From NCBI GenBank assembly GCA_027310665.1, contig DAIDAJ010000024.1, forward strand, positions 17,607 through 81,606: a stretch of 64,000 nucleotides of DNA. The letters run 5' to 3'. Source of the DNA: Sideroxydans sp. (GTDB lineage Bacteria > Pseudomonadota > Gammaproteobacteria > Burkholderiales > Gallionellaceae). Under the pieces are notes generated by a model. The model worked only from the letters and a program-made list of their open reading frames with translations. It was not told where the DNA came from and ran no database searches. Shown here in pieces: positions 41,617-51,802 of this stretch. How positions within the stretch are numbered: the first letter of the stretch is position 1; every line of letters begins with the position of its first letter. Made by a program: the position numbers and the translations under genes.

Positions 41617-43556
41617 AGCGACATGGAATTGAAAGACAAATGCTGGCCGTGGCGGTCATACCTATCCTGATCCTGGCCCTGTTGCTGGAAGGCTATTTCA
41701 CCTATGCACGATTTTCGGATCGGGATCGTGCCCTGCTGGGGCGCGCCAGACTGATCGTCCGTCAGCTCGCATTGTCCGCCGAGTATCCGGTTTTTTCTGG
41801 CAACCAGGGATTGTTGCAGCAGCAAGTGGATATGGCCTTCAAACATAAGGATGTCCTTTCCATTGCGGTGCTGGATGCCGATTCGAAATATCTGGCCGGT
41901 GCGGGTGACATTTCCAATGTCAACGAATATGAGTTTCTGGAAAAGTTGTCGTCCAGGGATAGCGATCTCATTGTCTATCACGAAGACAACAATGCCATAT
42001 GGCTCTATCAGTCCATCGTGGCCACGCAGATCAAGCTCGATGATCTGGGCAGTGGCAATGCGGGGGATCTGCCCAACAAGCTATTGGGCGGCGTGTTCGT
42101 CGAAATCGGGAAAGACAGGCTGAATGACGAAAAATTCGAGATGCTGGGTCTTAACCTGTTCATATTGCTGCTTGTGTTGACGGCTACCGTGCTGGTCGCG
42201 ATGCGTATGTCGCGCCGCATCATTCTGCCGGTGATGGAGATGAGTAGCGGTGTCCGCAGCATCGGGGAAGGATATCTGGATACGCAGATCAGCGGAAACA
42301 AGATACAGGAGCTCGACGCGCTCGCTTCAGGCATCAACGAAATGGCGCGCCAGTTGCTGCAGGACCGCAATACCTTGCAGCAACGCATCGACGACGCCAC
42401 CCAAGAACTGCGCCGGAAAAAAGAAGAGGCGGAGCGAGCCAATTTCGACAAGAGCCGCTTTCTCGCGGCTGCGAGCCACGACTTGAGGCAGCCCATGCAT
42501 GCGCTCGGCCTGTTTGTGGGCGAATTGCACAGCCGGCTGGATACCCAGGACCAGCGCAAGATCGCGAGCAAGGTCGAGGAATCGGTCGAGGCGCTGTCCA
42601 GCCTGCTGGATTCCTTGCTGGACATCTCGAAACTGGATGCCGGGATAGTGATTCCGCAGATGCAAGGTGTCGACATCGATGCGATGGTCAAGCGCTTGGC
42701 GCAGGATTTTGTGACTGTTGCGCAACGCAAGAATATCACTTTGCATTTCCGCAGCATCAACGCGACGGTGCTGAGCGACCCGGTGTTGCTGGAGCGAATT
42801 CTGCTTAACCTGCTGGGCAATGCGATTCGCTACACGCCGCAGAACGGCACGGTGATGCTGGCCTGCCGGCTGCGGGGCGATGCGGTTCGCATCGAGGTTC
42901 GCGACAACGGTATCGGCATCCCGCCGGAAGAGCAGCAGAACGTCTTTCGCGAATTCGTTCAGCTCGCGAACAACGCACGCGACCGCAGCAAGGGAATCGG
43001 GCTCGGTCTTGCGATCGTGGACAGGCTCTGCAGGCTGCTGCATCACCCGCTGAGTTTGCGTTCGACACCGGGCCTGGGCTCGACTTTTTCGATCGACGTA
43101 CCTCGCACGCTGGGAATAGAAGAATTGCTGGCGGAACCGCAAGCGCAGGTCGCGGCGTCGTACAAGCATGACAGGCTGGAAAACCTCCGGGTGCTGGTGG
43201 TGGATGACGACACGCTGGTGCGCTTCAGTACCGCCGGCATCCTGGAGTCGTGGGGTTGCAGCGTTTCGGTCGCGGAAGACCTGCAGGCTGCCGCGGGCAG
43301 GTATACGGATGCGAGCTTCGACCTGGTGATCTGCGACTACCGTCTCCCAGACGGAGACGGCCTGATGCTGATGGACATCATTAACGAGAAGCCCGGGATA
43401 CCACCCGCGTTCATTCTCGTCAGCGGCGACACTGCCCCCGAAATCCTGCAGGCTGCCAATCGATGCGGGGTGCATTTGATGCACAAACCGGTGCGCCCGG
43501 CCAAGCTGCGTTCATTGATGCTGTTCCTGTTGAAGAAACGCAGCGATTCGATTTGA
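41613..43556 (+). CDS. Hybrid sensor histidine kinase (HAMP-HisKA-HATPase-REC)
   Basis: Two TMs, ASHDLRQP H-box, DNGIGI and GLGLAIV boxes, REC domain DLVICDYRL..KPV. Confidence 0.92.
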   Translation: MKRHGIERQMLAVAVIPILILALLLEGYFTYARFSDRDRALLGRARLIVRQLALSAEYPVFSGNQGLLQQQVDMAFKHKDVLSIAVLDADSKYLAGAGDISNVNEYEFLEKLSSRDSDLIVYHEDNNAIWLYQSIVATQIKLDDLGSGNAGDLPNKLLGGVFVEIGKDRLNDEKFEMLGLNLFILLLVLTATVLVAMRMSRRIILPVMEMSSGVRSIGEGYLDTQISGNKIQELDALASGINEMARQLLQDRNTLQQRIDDATQELRRKKEEAERANFDKSRFLAAASHDLRQPMHALGLFVGELHSRLDTQDQRKIASKVEESVEALSSLLDSLLDISKLDAGIVIPQMQGVDIDAMVKRLAQDFVTVAQRKNITLHFRSINATVLSDPVLLERILLNLLGNAIRYTPQNGTVMLACRLRGDAVRIEVRDNGIGIPPEEQQNVFREFVQLANNARDRSKGIGLGLAIVDRLCRLLHHPLSLRSTPGLGSTFSIDVPRTLGIEELLAEPQAQVAASYKHDRLENLRVLVVDDDTLVRFSTAGILESWGCSVSVAEDLQAAAGRYTDASFDLVICDYRLPDGDGLMLMDIINEKPGIPPAFILVSGDTAPEILQAANRCGVHLMHKPVRPAKLRSLMLFLLKKRSDSI

Positions 43557-43609
43557 ACCGCCGTTGGTCGGAAGTGAGAGCCCTGCGACGGAGTCGCAGG
43601 GAGGACCGG

Positions 43610-44182
43610 TCACAAAGGGCGTTTGACGCTTACACCGCCACGGATCTGGCCGGGGGTATAGCCGGTTGCCTGATCGTAGGGATAGTACTCGGCCAGACGC
43701 GCTTTGACGCCGTCGGAAAGCTGTTCCCCGGTGCCGTGGCAGGCAACGCAGCCTTGCTGCAGCACGATCGCTTTCATGTAACGGAAATATCTTCCGTTCG
43801 GTTCGTTCACGATCTCCGCAGACTCAAGTGCTTCCGGCTTTTCTCCGCGGGCCAGGCGAACTTCGAATTGCTTCAAGGTCTTTTGTTCCCACTCATCCGC
43901 AGTGCCTAGCAGCGGATTGCGCACCTTGAGGCTAACGCGGGTGATCTTCATGCCGTGCCGACGTGAAAGATCGTTCGCCATTCCGGGAGCGATCTCTTTA
44001 CAGACTTTGATTGCGGATTCAACCCCGCCTTCCATGATGGCTTTTTTGTTCTCGGTCATCAGTTGCTGCATGAAAGGCGTGACAATCGCACGGCTTTCAT
44101 CCTCGTATTTTCCGAGGTCGTCGGCCAATGCCGGTGCTGCGGAAAGTGCGAGCAGCACGTACAGGATAATCTTGTTACTCAT
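43610..44182 (-). CDS. DUF3365/Tll0287-like c-type heme protein
   Basis: Signal peptide, RVSLKVRNP, RYMKAI, CVACH heme-binding motif. Confidence 0.85.
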   Translation of the reverse strand: MSNKIILYVLLALSAAPALADDLGKYEDESRAIVTPFMQQLMTENKKAIMEGGVESAIKVCKEIAPGMANDLSRRHGMKITRVSLKVRNPLLGTADEWEQKTLKQFEVRLARGEKPEALESAEIVNEPNGRYFRYMKAIVLQQGCVACHGTGEQLSDGVKARLAEYYPYDQATGYTPGQIRGGVSVKRPL

Positions 44183-44241
44183 GAATTTTTCCCAATAAAG
44201 AGCGCCCGGCGTTAGCACGGGCGCGATGCGTGTTCGAACGA

Positions 44242-44436
44242 TTATTTATTTTCCATCGGGCAAGTGTTCATGCCGAACAGGGCATAGGCCGGGCAGAACT
44301 TGAATATACCGGTCAGCAAGGGAACGACGCCTATCCAGCCCCATATGCCGATCATGCCAGCCAGTGTGGCACCAATCAGGGCCAGACCGACGACGATACG
44401 CAGGATGCGGTCGATACCACCAACGTTGAGTTTCAT
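44242..44436 (-). CDS. DUF2892 (YgaP-like) small membrane protein, copy 1
   Basis: NVGGIDRILR..GL..WGWIG..PLLTG..FCPAY..TC. Confidence 0.88.
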   Translation of the reverse strand: MKLNVGGIDRILRIVVGLALIGATLAGMIGIWGWIGVVPLLTGIFKFCPAYALFGMNTCPMENK

Positions 44437-44496
44437 TTTTTCTCCTTGGATGAGGTTAGAGGAGATGTCAGGATAGGTGGAAAGCGAGATCATGTC

Positions 44497-44512
44497 TGTG
44501 ACATAAATCACA
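44497..44512. promoter_or_regulatory. Perfect CRP-type site TGTGA-N6-TCACA upstream of DUF2892 copy 1
   Basis: TGTGACATAAATCACA, about 60 nt upstream of the start codon. Confidence 0.65.
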
Positions 44513-44669
44513 CATCTGCAATTTGAGGTTCGGCGGCGCGGTAAGCCGAGCAGGAGCACAGGCTCTGTTGAAGTGCGAACGGCAATTCCTTCCTGCCCGC
44601 GCTCGAGGGAAATATCCAATGAACGATGCCCGACCTCTTCACGCCGGGCAAGTTCATATCGGGGGCGGA

Positions 44670-44864
44670 TTATTTCCTTTCAAGCGGGCAGGTTTGCAGG
44701 CCGAAGATGGCATAGGCCGGGCAGAACTTGAATACGCCGGTCAGCAAGGGAAGGAGGCCGATCCAGCCCCACATGCCGATCATGCCGGAGAGCGTCAGGC
44801 CGATGAGTACCAGGCCTATGGTAACGCGCAGGAAACGATCGATACCGCAAACGTTGAGTCTCAT
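44670..44864 (-). CDS. DUF2892 (YgaP-like) small membrane protein, copy 2
   Basis: NVCGIDRFLR..WGWIGLLPLLTG..FCPAY..TC; clear paralogue of copy 1. Confidence 0.88.
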   Translation of the reverse strand: MRLNVCGIDRFLRVTIGLVLIGLTLSGMIGMWGWIGLLPLLTGVFKFCPAYAIFGLQTCPLERK

Positions 44865-44946
44865 GTTTTCTCCCTGAATATGATTACAGGAATACACAGG
44901 ATAGGCTCAATATGGCCGGTTGTCTAAAAAAACTCAGACACGAAAA

Positions 44947-45612
44947 TCAGAGCTCGGCGAAGTGTTTAAGTGCGGCTTTATCGGAAACTTGGATATGTTC
45001 CCGCGCCAGTGTCACCCAACCCTGGTCGGCAAACCCTTTCAGCAGACGACTGACGATTTCGCGTGCGCTGCCGAGTTCGTCGGCGAGGGCCTGATGCGTC
45101 GTATTCAGAGGGGTGGGTTTTGCAATGAGCAATGCGGCGAGGCGCTGGTCCAGTTTCTGAAAGGCGACGGCAGAAACCAGCTGCATCAGGTCAGTCAGGC
45201 GGTCGGAGAAGAGGTGGAACACATAATTGCGGAACCCGTCATGTCTTGCCAGCAATGCATGAAACGAAGAAACGGGCAAAACCACCATTTCCAGCGACTG
45301 CTCGACGATTCCTCGCGCCGGATAGCGGGTGTTTCCAAGCAGGCAGCTGCTGGTGAGGATGCAACTTTCACCGGGCGCGATGCGGTAGAGCTGCAATTCG
45401 CGCCCGTTCGGGGCCGTCTTGATCACGCGAACGCTGCCGGAAAGCAGCATCGGAAAACCCTGGCAAGGCTGATTCTCGTCGAATATCACGGTTCCGGCCG
45501 CCAGAGGCATCACCATTGCCGTGTCCAGCAACGCATCGAGTTCCGCTGCAGGCAGCTCGGCCAGCGTCGGGTAGAGCTGCAACACTCGAGTGCGGATGTC
45601 CGGGGCCAGCAT
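44947..45612 (-). CDS. Crp/Fnr-family transcriptional regulator
   Basis: cNMP-type domain (RELQLYRIAPGESC) and HTH THQALADELGSAREIVSRLL. Confidence 0.9.
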   Translation of the reverse strand: MLAPDIRTRVLQLYPTLAELPAAELDALLDTAMVMPLAAGTVIFDENQPCQGFPMLLSGSVRVIKTAPNGRELQLYRIAPGESCILTSSCLLGNTRYPARGIVEQSLEMVVLPVSSFHALLARHDGFRNYVFHLFSDRLTDLMQLVSAVAFQKLDQRLAALLIAKPTPLNTTHQALADELGSAREIVSRLLKGFADQGWVTLAREHIQVSDKAALKHFAEL

Positions 45613-47115
45613 TTATTCCGGCCGCATGTGCGGGAACAGAATCACGTCCCGGATGTTGGCACTGTCGGTAAGCAACATCACCAGGCGGTCGATGCCGATG
45701 CCTTGACCGGCTGTGGGCGGAAGGCCGTATTCCAACGCGCGCACAAAGTCGTTGTCCTTGAACATCGCTTCTTCATCTCCGGCATCTTTTGCAGCCACCT
45801 GGGCGTCAAAGCGCGCTTCCTGGTCTTCCGCGTCGTTAAGCTCGGAGAAGCCGTTCGCGATCTCGCGCCCGACGATGAACAGCTCGAAGCGTTCGGTGAT
45901 CTCGGGGTGGGCGTCGCTGCTGCGCGCCAGCGGTGAGACTTCGATCGGGTAATCGATGATGAAGGTCGGCTCAAAGAGGTGAGATTCGGCCAGCTCCTCG
46001 AACAGGGAAAGCTGCAAGCCGCCGATGCCGTCCTCGGGTTTGTATTTCGCTTTCAGGTCTTGCAGTTCGTTGACGAGGAACTCGCGGTTGTTCAGTTGCG
46101 CATCGGTGAACTGCGGGTGATATTTCTGGACTGCCTGTACCATGGTCAGGCGGTGGAAGGGCTTGCCCAGGTCCAGCTCCTTGCCCTGATACGTGATGAC
46201 CGTGGTACCCAATACTTTCATGGCGACTTCGCGGAACAGTTTCTCGCTGAAGTCCATCAGGTATTTGTAATCGCGGTAGGCCTCGTAGAACTCGATCATG
46301 GTGAACTCGGGGTTGTGCCGCGTGGAAACTCCCTCGTTGCGGAAATTGCGGTTGATCTCGAACACTTTCTCGAAACCGCCCACGACGAGGCGTTTCAGGT
46401 ACAGCTCGGGCGCGATACGCAGATACATCTTCATATCCAGCGCATTGTGATGTGTTTCGAAAGGCTTGGCCGACGCCCCGCCGGGAATGGGATGCATCAT
46501 CGGCGTTTCAACTTCCAGGTACCCGTGGCGCACGAAGAAATCGCGGATGGCCTGGATGATCCGCGTGCGGGCGACGAAGACTTTGCGCGAATCCTCATTG
46601 GTGATGAGATCGAGGTAGCGCTGGCGGTATTTTTGCTCCTGGTCGGTCAGCCCGTGGAATTTCTCGGGTAAAGGGCGCAGTGCCTTGGTCAGCAGGCGTA
46701 CCTGCGTCACCCGCACGGAAAGTTCGCCGGTCTTGGTCTTGAACAGGACACCGATGGCGCCGAGTATGTCGCCCAGGTCGTAATGCTTGAATTCGCCATG
46801 TGCAGCTTCGCCGGTATTGTCGTTGCTGATGAACAATTGCATGCGGCCGCTCATATCCTGCACGGTCGCGAAGCTGGCCTTGCCCATTACGCGCTTCAAC
46901 ATCATGCGTCCGGCCACCGCGACGTGGATCTGTGCGGCTTCCAGTTCGTCATGCGTCTTCCCGCCGAACTCGGCATGCAGGTCGCCTGCCAGATTCTTGC
47001 GGCCGAAATCATTGGGGAAGGCGACACCTTTCTCGCGGATGGCCTTCAGCTTGGCGCGGCGTTCCGCGATGATCTGGTTGTCGTCCTGGGCTGGGATAGT
47101 GGGTTCGTTGCTCAT
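45613..47115 (-). CDS. lysS: Lysine--tRNA ligase (class II)
   Basis: [36 protein letters not shown]. Confidence 0.97.
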   Translation of the reverse strand: MSNEPTIPAQDDNQIIAERRAKLKAIREKGVAFPNDFGRKNLAGDLHAEFGGKTHDELEAAQIHVAVAGRMMLKRVMGKASFATVQDMSGRMQLFISNDNTGEAAHGEFKHYDLGDILGAIGVLFKTKTGELSVRVTQVRLLTKALRPLPEKFHGLTDQEQKYRQRYLDLITNEDSRKVFVARTRIIQAIRDFFVRHGYLEVETPMMHPIPGGASAKPFETHHNALDMKMYLRIAPELYLKRLVVGGFEKVFEINRNFRNEGVSTRHNPEFTMIEFYEAYRDYKYLMDFSEKLFREVAMKVLGTTVITYQGKELDLGKPFHRLTMVQAVQKYHPQFTDAQLNNREFLVNELQDLKAKYKPEDGIGGLQLSLFEELAESHLFEPTFIIDYPIEVSPLARSSDAHPEITERFELFIVGREIANGFSELNDAEDQEARFDAQVAAKDAGDEEAMFKDNDFVRALEYGLPPTAGQGIGIDRLVMLLTDSANIRDVILFPHMRPE

Positions 47116-47182
47116 GGTGTTCTGAATGTGTTGAGTTAATTTTAGCGACGTGAAATATAGCACAGGGACAGGGGTTTCAGGA

Positions 47183-48361
47183 CTACAGATACCCCTCTTG
47201 CTCTCCCTTTTCGCCATGTTCGAGCATCCATTCCAGCAATTCGGCAAGGGCGGAGGGGAGTGCAGGTTCTTGTTGGAGTGAGGCCAGTTGCAGCCTGTCG
47301 CTCTCGGTCAACGGTTTGCGCACAGGCAAAGATGCAAGATCGGCAGCAGACATTTTCCACGGTTGCCAGTTGAGGCCAAGTTCACGCCAAAGTTCGGCAG
47401 CCTTGAGCGCGATGGCAATACCCGCGGGGTCTGGGTCGCAGGCGATACTGGCGGGAGCCGGGGCCAGGTTGAGCAGGCGGCCGACCGTTTCGCGCCACCA
47501 AGTCGGGGGGAAGCCGGGCAACCAGATCACACCGGTCTCCACCTCGCGGCTTTTGGTGGCACGCTCGAAGCTGGTGCGATTCTCCACCAGTTGCCAGCGG
47601 TTGACCGTGCCGGACGCTGCTGTTGCATCCTGTATGGTGGCAGGGGTGAGCGCAGCAAAATCGGCGCAGCTTGCCAGATCAATCCGTCCATTCGGCAAGG
47701 TCAATGTCAGTTGGGCAGCAATCAGCAATAACGGCGTATGGCGTTCAATGCCGAATTCAGCGAGGTCGACAATAGATTCCAGCCAATTCCATTCGCCCTC
47801 GCTGACTGCTTTGGTGTCGCCGCGCGCAAAAAGCGCGAAGTCGCGGCGCGTGCCGTTCCGTTGCTGTATCTGCCAGTCATGCAATTTGAAAATCAAATCC
47901 TGCCGCGCCAGCGCGCGCTGTACCGGCAATTCGTCGAGAAGGGGCACGGCTGGGGAAAGGGTTGGGTTGTCCAGCGCATGAAGCAAGGCACGGCATTCCT
48001 GCCAGCGTTGCGCGTCGTTATCCTTGTCGCGCAAGCCAAGAGCGGCGCGCAGTTGAGGCAAGTACAGCAGTTCCACCTGTTGCGGCCACCATGCACCGAG
48101 CTTCCATTGTTCAGCGACCGCAGCCCACCCGGAGCGCAACAGCCAATCCAGCAGCGCATCGGCTAGTTGCACGCGGGTAGTGCCCGCATCCTTGCGCAGT
48201 GTTTCCCAGCGGCTGTTGCCGCCGCGCTGCACCCAGCGTGCCAGCAGTTCGCGCCATTCGGCGGGCAGGGAGTCGAGCGATTGTGGCGAGCCGGGCATCG
48301 AGCACCGCCGCTTCTGACAGACGCGGCGCTTGTCCAGCGGCTCGATCAGCAACTCAGGCAT
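47183..48361 (-). CDS. jetD: Wadjet JetD/MksG-like Toprim nuclease
   Basis: [11 protein letters not shown] and CDPDPAG (DxD) Toprim motifs; last gene of the SMC operon. Confidence 0.78.
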   Translation of the reverse strand: MPELLIEPLDKRRVCQKRRCSMPGSPQSLDSLPAEWRELLARWVQRGGNSRWETLRKDAGTTRVQLADALLDWLLRSGWAAVAEQWKLGAWWPQQVELLYLPQLRAALGLRDKDNDAQRWQECRALLHALDNPTLSPAVPLLDELPVQRALARQDLIFKLHDWQIQQRNGTRRDFALFARGDTKAVSEGEWNWLESIVDLAEFGIERHTPLLLIAAQLTLTLPNGRIDLASCADFAALTPATIQDATAASGTVNRWQLVENRTSFERATKSREVETGVIWLPGFPPTWWRETVGRLLNLAPAPASIACDPDPAGIAIALKAAELWRELGLNWQPWKMSAADLASLPVRKPLTESDRLQLASLQQEPALPSALAELLEWMLEHGEKGEQEGYL

Positions 48362-51122
48362 TGCGTTCGCGCACCAGTACTTTCACTCCCGGAGCCCAGG
48401 TGTCCGCCGGTTTCTTCTTGAAGGTCACTAGCGTCAGCATGGAAGGATCGTACACGCCGACGTTGTGCGTCACCGGCGTGGTCAGCAGGTATTGGGCGCG
48501 GGTGGCCTTGAGGAATTTCGCCACGCGCTCGATGTTGACGATATCGAGGTGGGCGAAAGGTTCGTCGATGAACACGAAGCCGCCGGGGCGCGATTCCTCC
48601 ATCATCAGCGCCACCAGCAGGATCAGCGACTTCATCACCTGCTGGCCGCCGGAGGCGTCGCCGTCGTTCATGCCCATGAAACCCTTGTCGTCGAAGTTGA
48701 AGCGCACCGCAAGGCCGGCCTGCGCCAGCGACAGGTCGTTGCTGTCGAGCAGCACTTGCTCGTGTTCGACTTTAATGCCCGCCAAATCGCCAAGCACTTT
48801 CAGGTTCTTTACATAGCGGCTTACCGTGTAACGCAGTGCAGAGATATATATATCACGCGCCGTGTCGGTCTGGCTGCGCGCCATCTCGTTGTCGCGGCGA
48901 CGTGTGGAAAGGTCGCTTTCCATGCGCTGGTAGTCGTCCTTGATCTTGTCGCGCAGCGCAACCACTAAGTCGTCAGTCTCCCAGGATTCTTCGGCGAAGC
49001 GACGTTCGATCTCATCGATGCGTCGGTCGATGTTGGTGGTGTCGCGCCATTCGTCGGCCAGCTTCTGGTTGGATTCCTTGTTGCACCAGCCCCGGGGCAG
49101 GTGGCGCAGGTTGTGACGTAACACCTGCAGGCGGCGGAACTGCTCCTCGCGTCCGGCGCGGTTTTCCCTTTGCGCGATTTCTTTGTCTATCGTTTGAAGT
49201 TTGATTTCCAGACGCTGAAGTTCCCGGTGCCCATCTGATACGGCCTGGTCGGTCTTTTCCCGCTCCTGTTGCGCCTCGAACATGGGAATGTCCCGGCGGC
49301 GCTGGACCAGTACTTCGTATTGCTGGCGCGTTTCGGCGAATTCCTCGGCGCGCGCCGCGAGTTGCGCGGCGGCATCCACACCGGCCAGCCGCGCCTGCTC
49401 GCCACGTAGCCTACCGGTCAGCGCGGACAGTTGAGCACGTAGCGGCGCGAGTGTTTTTTCGATGCCGGCACGCTGCTCACGCAACGCTTCCAGCCGGGCG
49501 CGGCCGAATCGGGCCTGTTCCGACCCGGCGTAGCGGCCACCGCGTCGTTCGCGCAAATAGCCTTGGCGGGTGATCCAATCCTCAGCGCGCGGCAGCTTGC
49601 TGCCTTCTGCGGCATCTTCCACGCGGCGCGTGCGTTCCAGCGTGCGCAACAGCCATTCGGGCACTGCGCGGGAAAAGCGCACGACTTCGAGCAGCGATCC
49701 CTTCGGGGCGAGGCCGGCCGGCACGCAGTCCGGCACGATGAAGTGGCGATAGCGCAGCTTTTCGCCGAGCGCCATCGCCTGCTCGACATCCTTGTCCTTG
49801 GCCAGCAGCACGACGTGTGCGGAAGGGGCGAGCACGGCTTCCACCGCCGCTTGCCAGGCCGGGTCGGCGATCTCCACCACGTCGGACAACAGGTCGTGCG
49901 CGATACCGGCCTGGGTCAGGGCTTGGCGGAAGGCGGCGACATCCTGGGGGTCGGCGCGGCGTCCGGCGGCGAGGTTCTCCAGCATTTCGTCGAGCTGGCG
50001 TTGCTTCTGCTCCAGTTCGGCGATGCGCAGTCGCAACGTATCGCGGTCATCGGCCATTCTTTCGACCTCGCGCGCATCGGCAAGCTTGCCGTCTGCCAGG
50101 GCCTGCGCTTGGGCTAATAATTGGTCATGTTGCTTGACGATGACTTCGCAAGCCCTGATATCGCCGACGACTTCTGTCAATGCCTGTTGTTGCACCTGCT
50201 CGTTTTCGCGGGCCGCCTGTTTGCGCAACTCTGCCGCCCCATGCGCCTGCTGCTGCACCTGGAATTCCATTTGCAGGTTTTGCCGTTCGATACGCTTACC
50301 GGCCCATTCGCGGTATTGCGACTTTAGAGTGCGGCGCGCATCGTCGGCCTTGGTGCGCAACAGGTAGTGCTCCAGCCGAGGGCGGATTTCTGAGGCCAGC
50401 TCGACGCGTTCCTGATTTAGGTTCTTCCATTCGAGGTACTTATTGACCTTCATTTCGTGGGTTTGAAGGCTGTAACCAAGTTTCTCCAAATCACGTTGCG
50501 CTTCGTCCAGTTCGCGCGACGTGTGTTCCTGATGGTGGCGCGCTTCCTGGTAGCGCTCCAGCACTTCCTTGTCGCCGAACACTTGGAACACCAGGTCGAG
50601 CAGGTCCTTGTGCGACAGTTCACACAGCTTGTCGGTCTGACCCTGTTCCAACGACAGCACGCGGGCGATGGCGGGGGAGAGGCCGGCGCTGTGCAGGATG
50701 CGCTGATAGTCGCGCACGCCGAACTCTTCGCCATTCTGTTCGATTTCCTGCAGGCTCACCTCGCCGTCGGCGATCCAGTATTTGCGCGACCAGTCGCCGC
50801 CTTTCTTGTCGATGCGGCAGGCCAGCGTGATCTTGTCCTGCTGATAGGGCAGGCGGAACGGACGATAGCTCGCACCGGGCGGGCAGCGGTTGTCCACCAC
50901 GCCGCGCAGCCAGCAGAAGTCCTCGCCGTTGCGGCGCACGTAGCGTTTGTAGTCGCGTTTCTTCGAACATTCCAGCGCCAGCAGCGTGCGCATGGCATCG
51001 AGCAGCGTGGTCTTGCCGGAACCGTTGGGGCCGGAGATGGTGATGATGGGCGCATCCAACGGCAGTTTGAAATTGCGCCAGTAGTCCCAGTGGACAGTTT
51101 CCAGTTCCATCAACCTGAACAT
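48354..51122 (-). CDS. jetC: SMC-family ATPase, JetC/MksB-like
   Basis: Walker A GPNGSGKTT, long coiled coils, signature ASGGQQ, Walker B/D-loop FIDEPFAHLD. Confidence 0.85.
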   Translation of the reverse strand: MFRLMELETVHWDYWRNFKLPLDAPIITISGPNGSGKTTLLDAMRTLLALECSKKRDYKRYVRRNGEDFCWLRGVVDNRCPPGASYRPFRLPYQQDKITLACRIDKKGGDWSRKYWIADGEVSLQEIEQNGEEFGVRDYQRILHSAGLSPAIARVLSLEQGQTDKLCELSHKDLLDLVFQVFGDKEVLERYQEARHHQEHTSRELDEAQRDLEKLGYSLQTHEMKVNKYLEWKNLNQERVELASEIRPRLEHYLLRTKADDARRTLKSQYREWAGKRIERQNLQMEFQVQQQAHGAAELRKQAARENEQVQQQALTEVVGDIRACEVIVKQHDQLLAQAQALADGKLADAREVERMADDRDTLRLRIAELEQKQRQLDEMLENLAAGRRADPQDVAAFRQALTQAGIAHDLLSDVVEIADPAWQAAVEAVLAPSAHVVLLAKDKDVEQAMALGEKLRYRHFIVPDCVPAGLAPKGSLLEVVRFSRAVPEWLLRTLERTRRVEDAAEGSKLPRAEDWITRQGYLRERRGGRYAGSEQARFGRARLEALREQRAGIEKTLAPLRAQLSALTGRLRGEQARLAGVDAAAQLAARAEEFAETRQQYEVLVQRRRDIPMFEAQQEREKTDQAVSDGHRELQRLEIKLQTIDKEIAQRENRAGREEQFRRLQVLRHNLRHLPRGWCNKESNQKLADEWRDTTNIDRRIDEIERRFAEESWETDDLVVALRDKIKDDYQRMESDLSTRRRDNEMARSQTDTARDIYISALRYTVSRYVKNLKVLGDLAGIKVEHEQVLLDSNDLSLAQAGLAVRFNFDDKGFMGMNDGDASGGQQVMKSLILLVALMMEESRPGGFVFIDEPFAHLDIVNIERVAKFLKATRAQYLLTTPVTHNVGVYDPSMLTLVTFKKKPADTWAPGVKVLVRERNA

Positions 51123-51802
51123 CAGGATTCCTCCTCGTTATGCAACTCTCCAAGCGTGACATCACGCAGGATGCCGCGCTGTTTCAGCAGGTCGGACAAG
51201 GCGCCGTTGAGGATGCGCGGCGCCATTTCGGCGTAATCGAAGGCGAGGTCGAGCAGGGGGCCTTCGTGGATCATTTTGTTTTTTATTTCAATGAAATTGA
51301 GACTGGATAACTGTGGTAGGTTGATATTGATACGGGTTTTTTTGCCAAGCAAGTTACCGTAATCTTCCAGCAATACACTTACTGGAATTCCGCGCGAGGC
51401 CTCATGCGCCAGCGGCGTGAGTTTCACGGTCTCGAACATTTCGCTTTGTTCTTCCTGCTGTGTGGCTTCGCCCGACAACTGGCGTTCGCGCTTGGGCAAA
51501 ATGATCAGTGCCCACAGGATTACCAGCAGCGCCACGGCGTCCTTGGGCAGGCCGAGGTTGCTGGATTGCCAAGTGTCGTTTTGCTCGAACACGGCGCTTT
51601 CGCATTCGCGCGTGAGGGCGATGCCGACAAAAGCAGAGAAGGGGTGCGCCAGCAAACGCAGGCCGCTGGCGGCCAAGCGTTGTTCCACTTCATCGCGGAA
51701 ACCGGCATCCACCAGCAGGCGGCGCACTTCCTTGTCCTCGCGCGGCAGGTAGCTCAGCGCCAGCAGGCGTGCGATCAGGCGTGCGGCGTGATCCTGGTTC
51801 AT
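51122..51802 (-). CDS. jetB: JetB/MksE-like kite subunit
   Basis: 226 aa, coupled between the JetA-like gene and the SMC; family inferred mainly from position. Confidence 0.65.
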   Translation of the reverse strand: MNQDHAARLIARLLALSYLPREDKEVRRLLVDAGFRDEVEQRLAASGLRLLAHPFSAFVGIALTRECESAVFEQNDTWQSSNLGLPKDAVALLVILWALIILPKRERQLSGEATQQEEQSEMFETVKLTPLAHEASRGIPVSVLLEDYGNLLGKKTRININLPQLSSLNFIEIKNKMIHEGPLLDLAFDYAEMAPRILNGALSDLLKQRGILRDVTLGELHNEEES

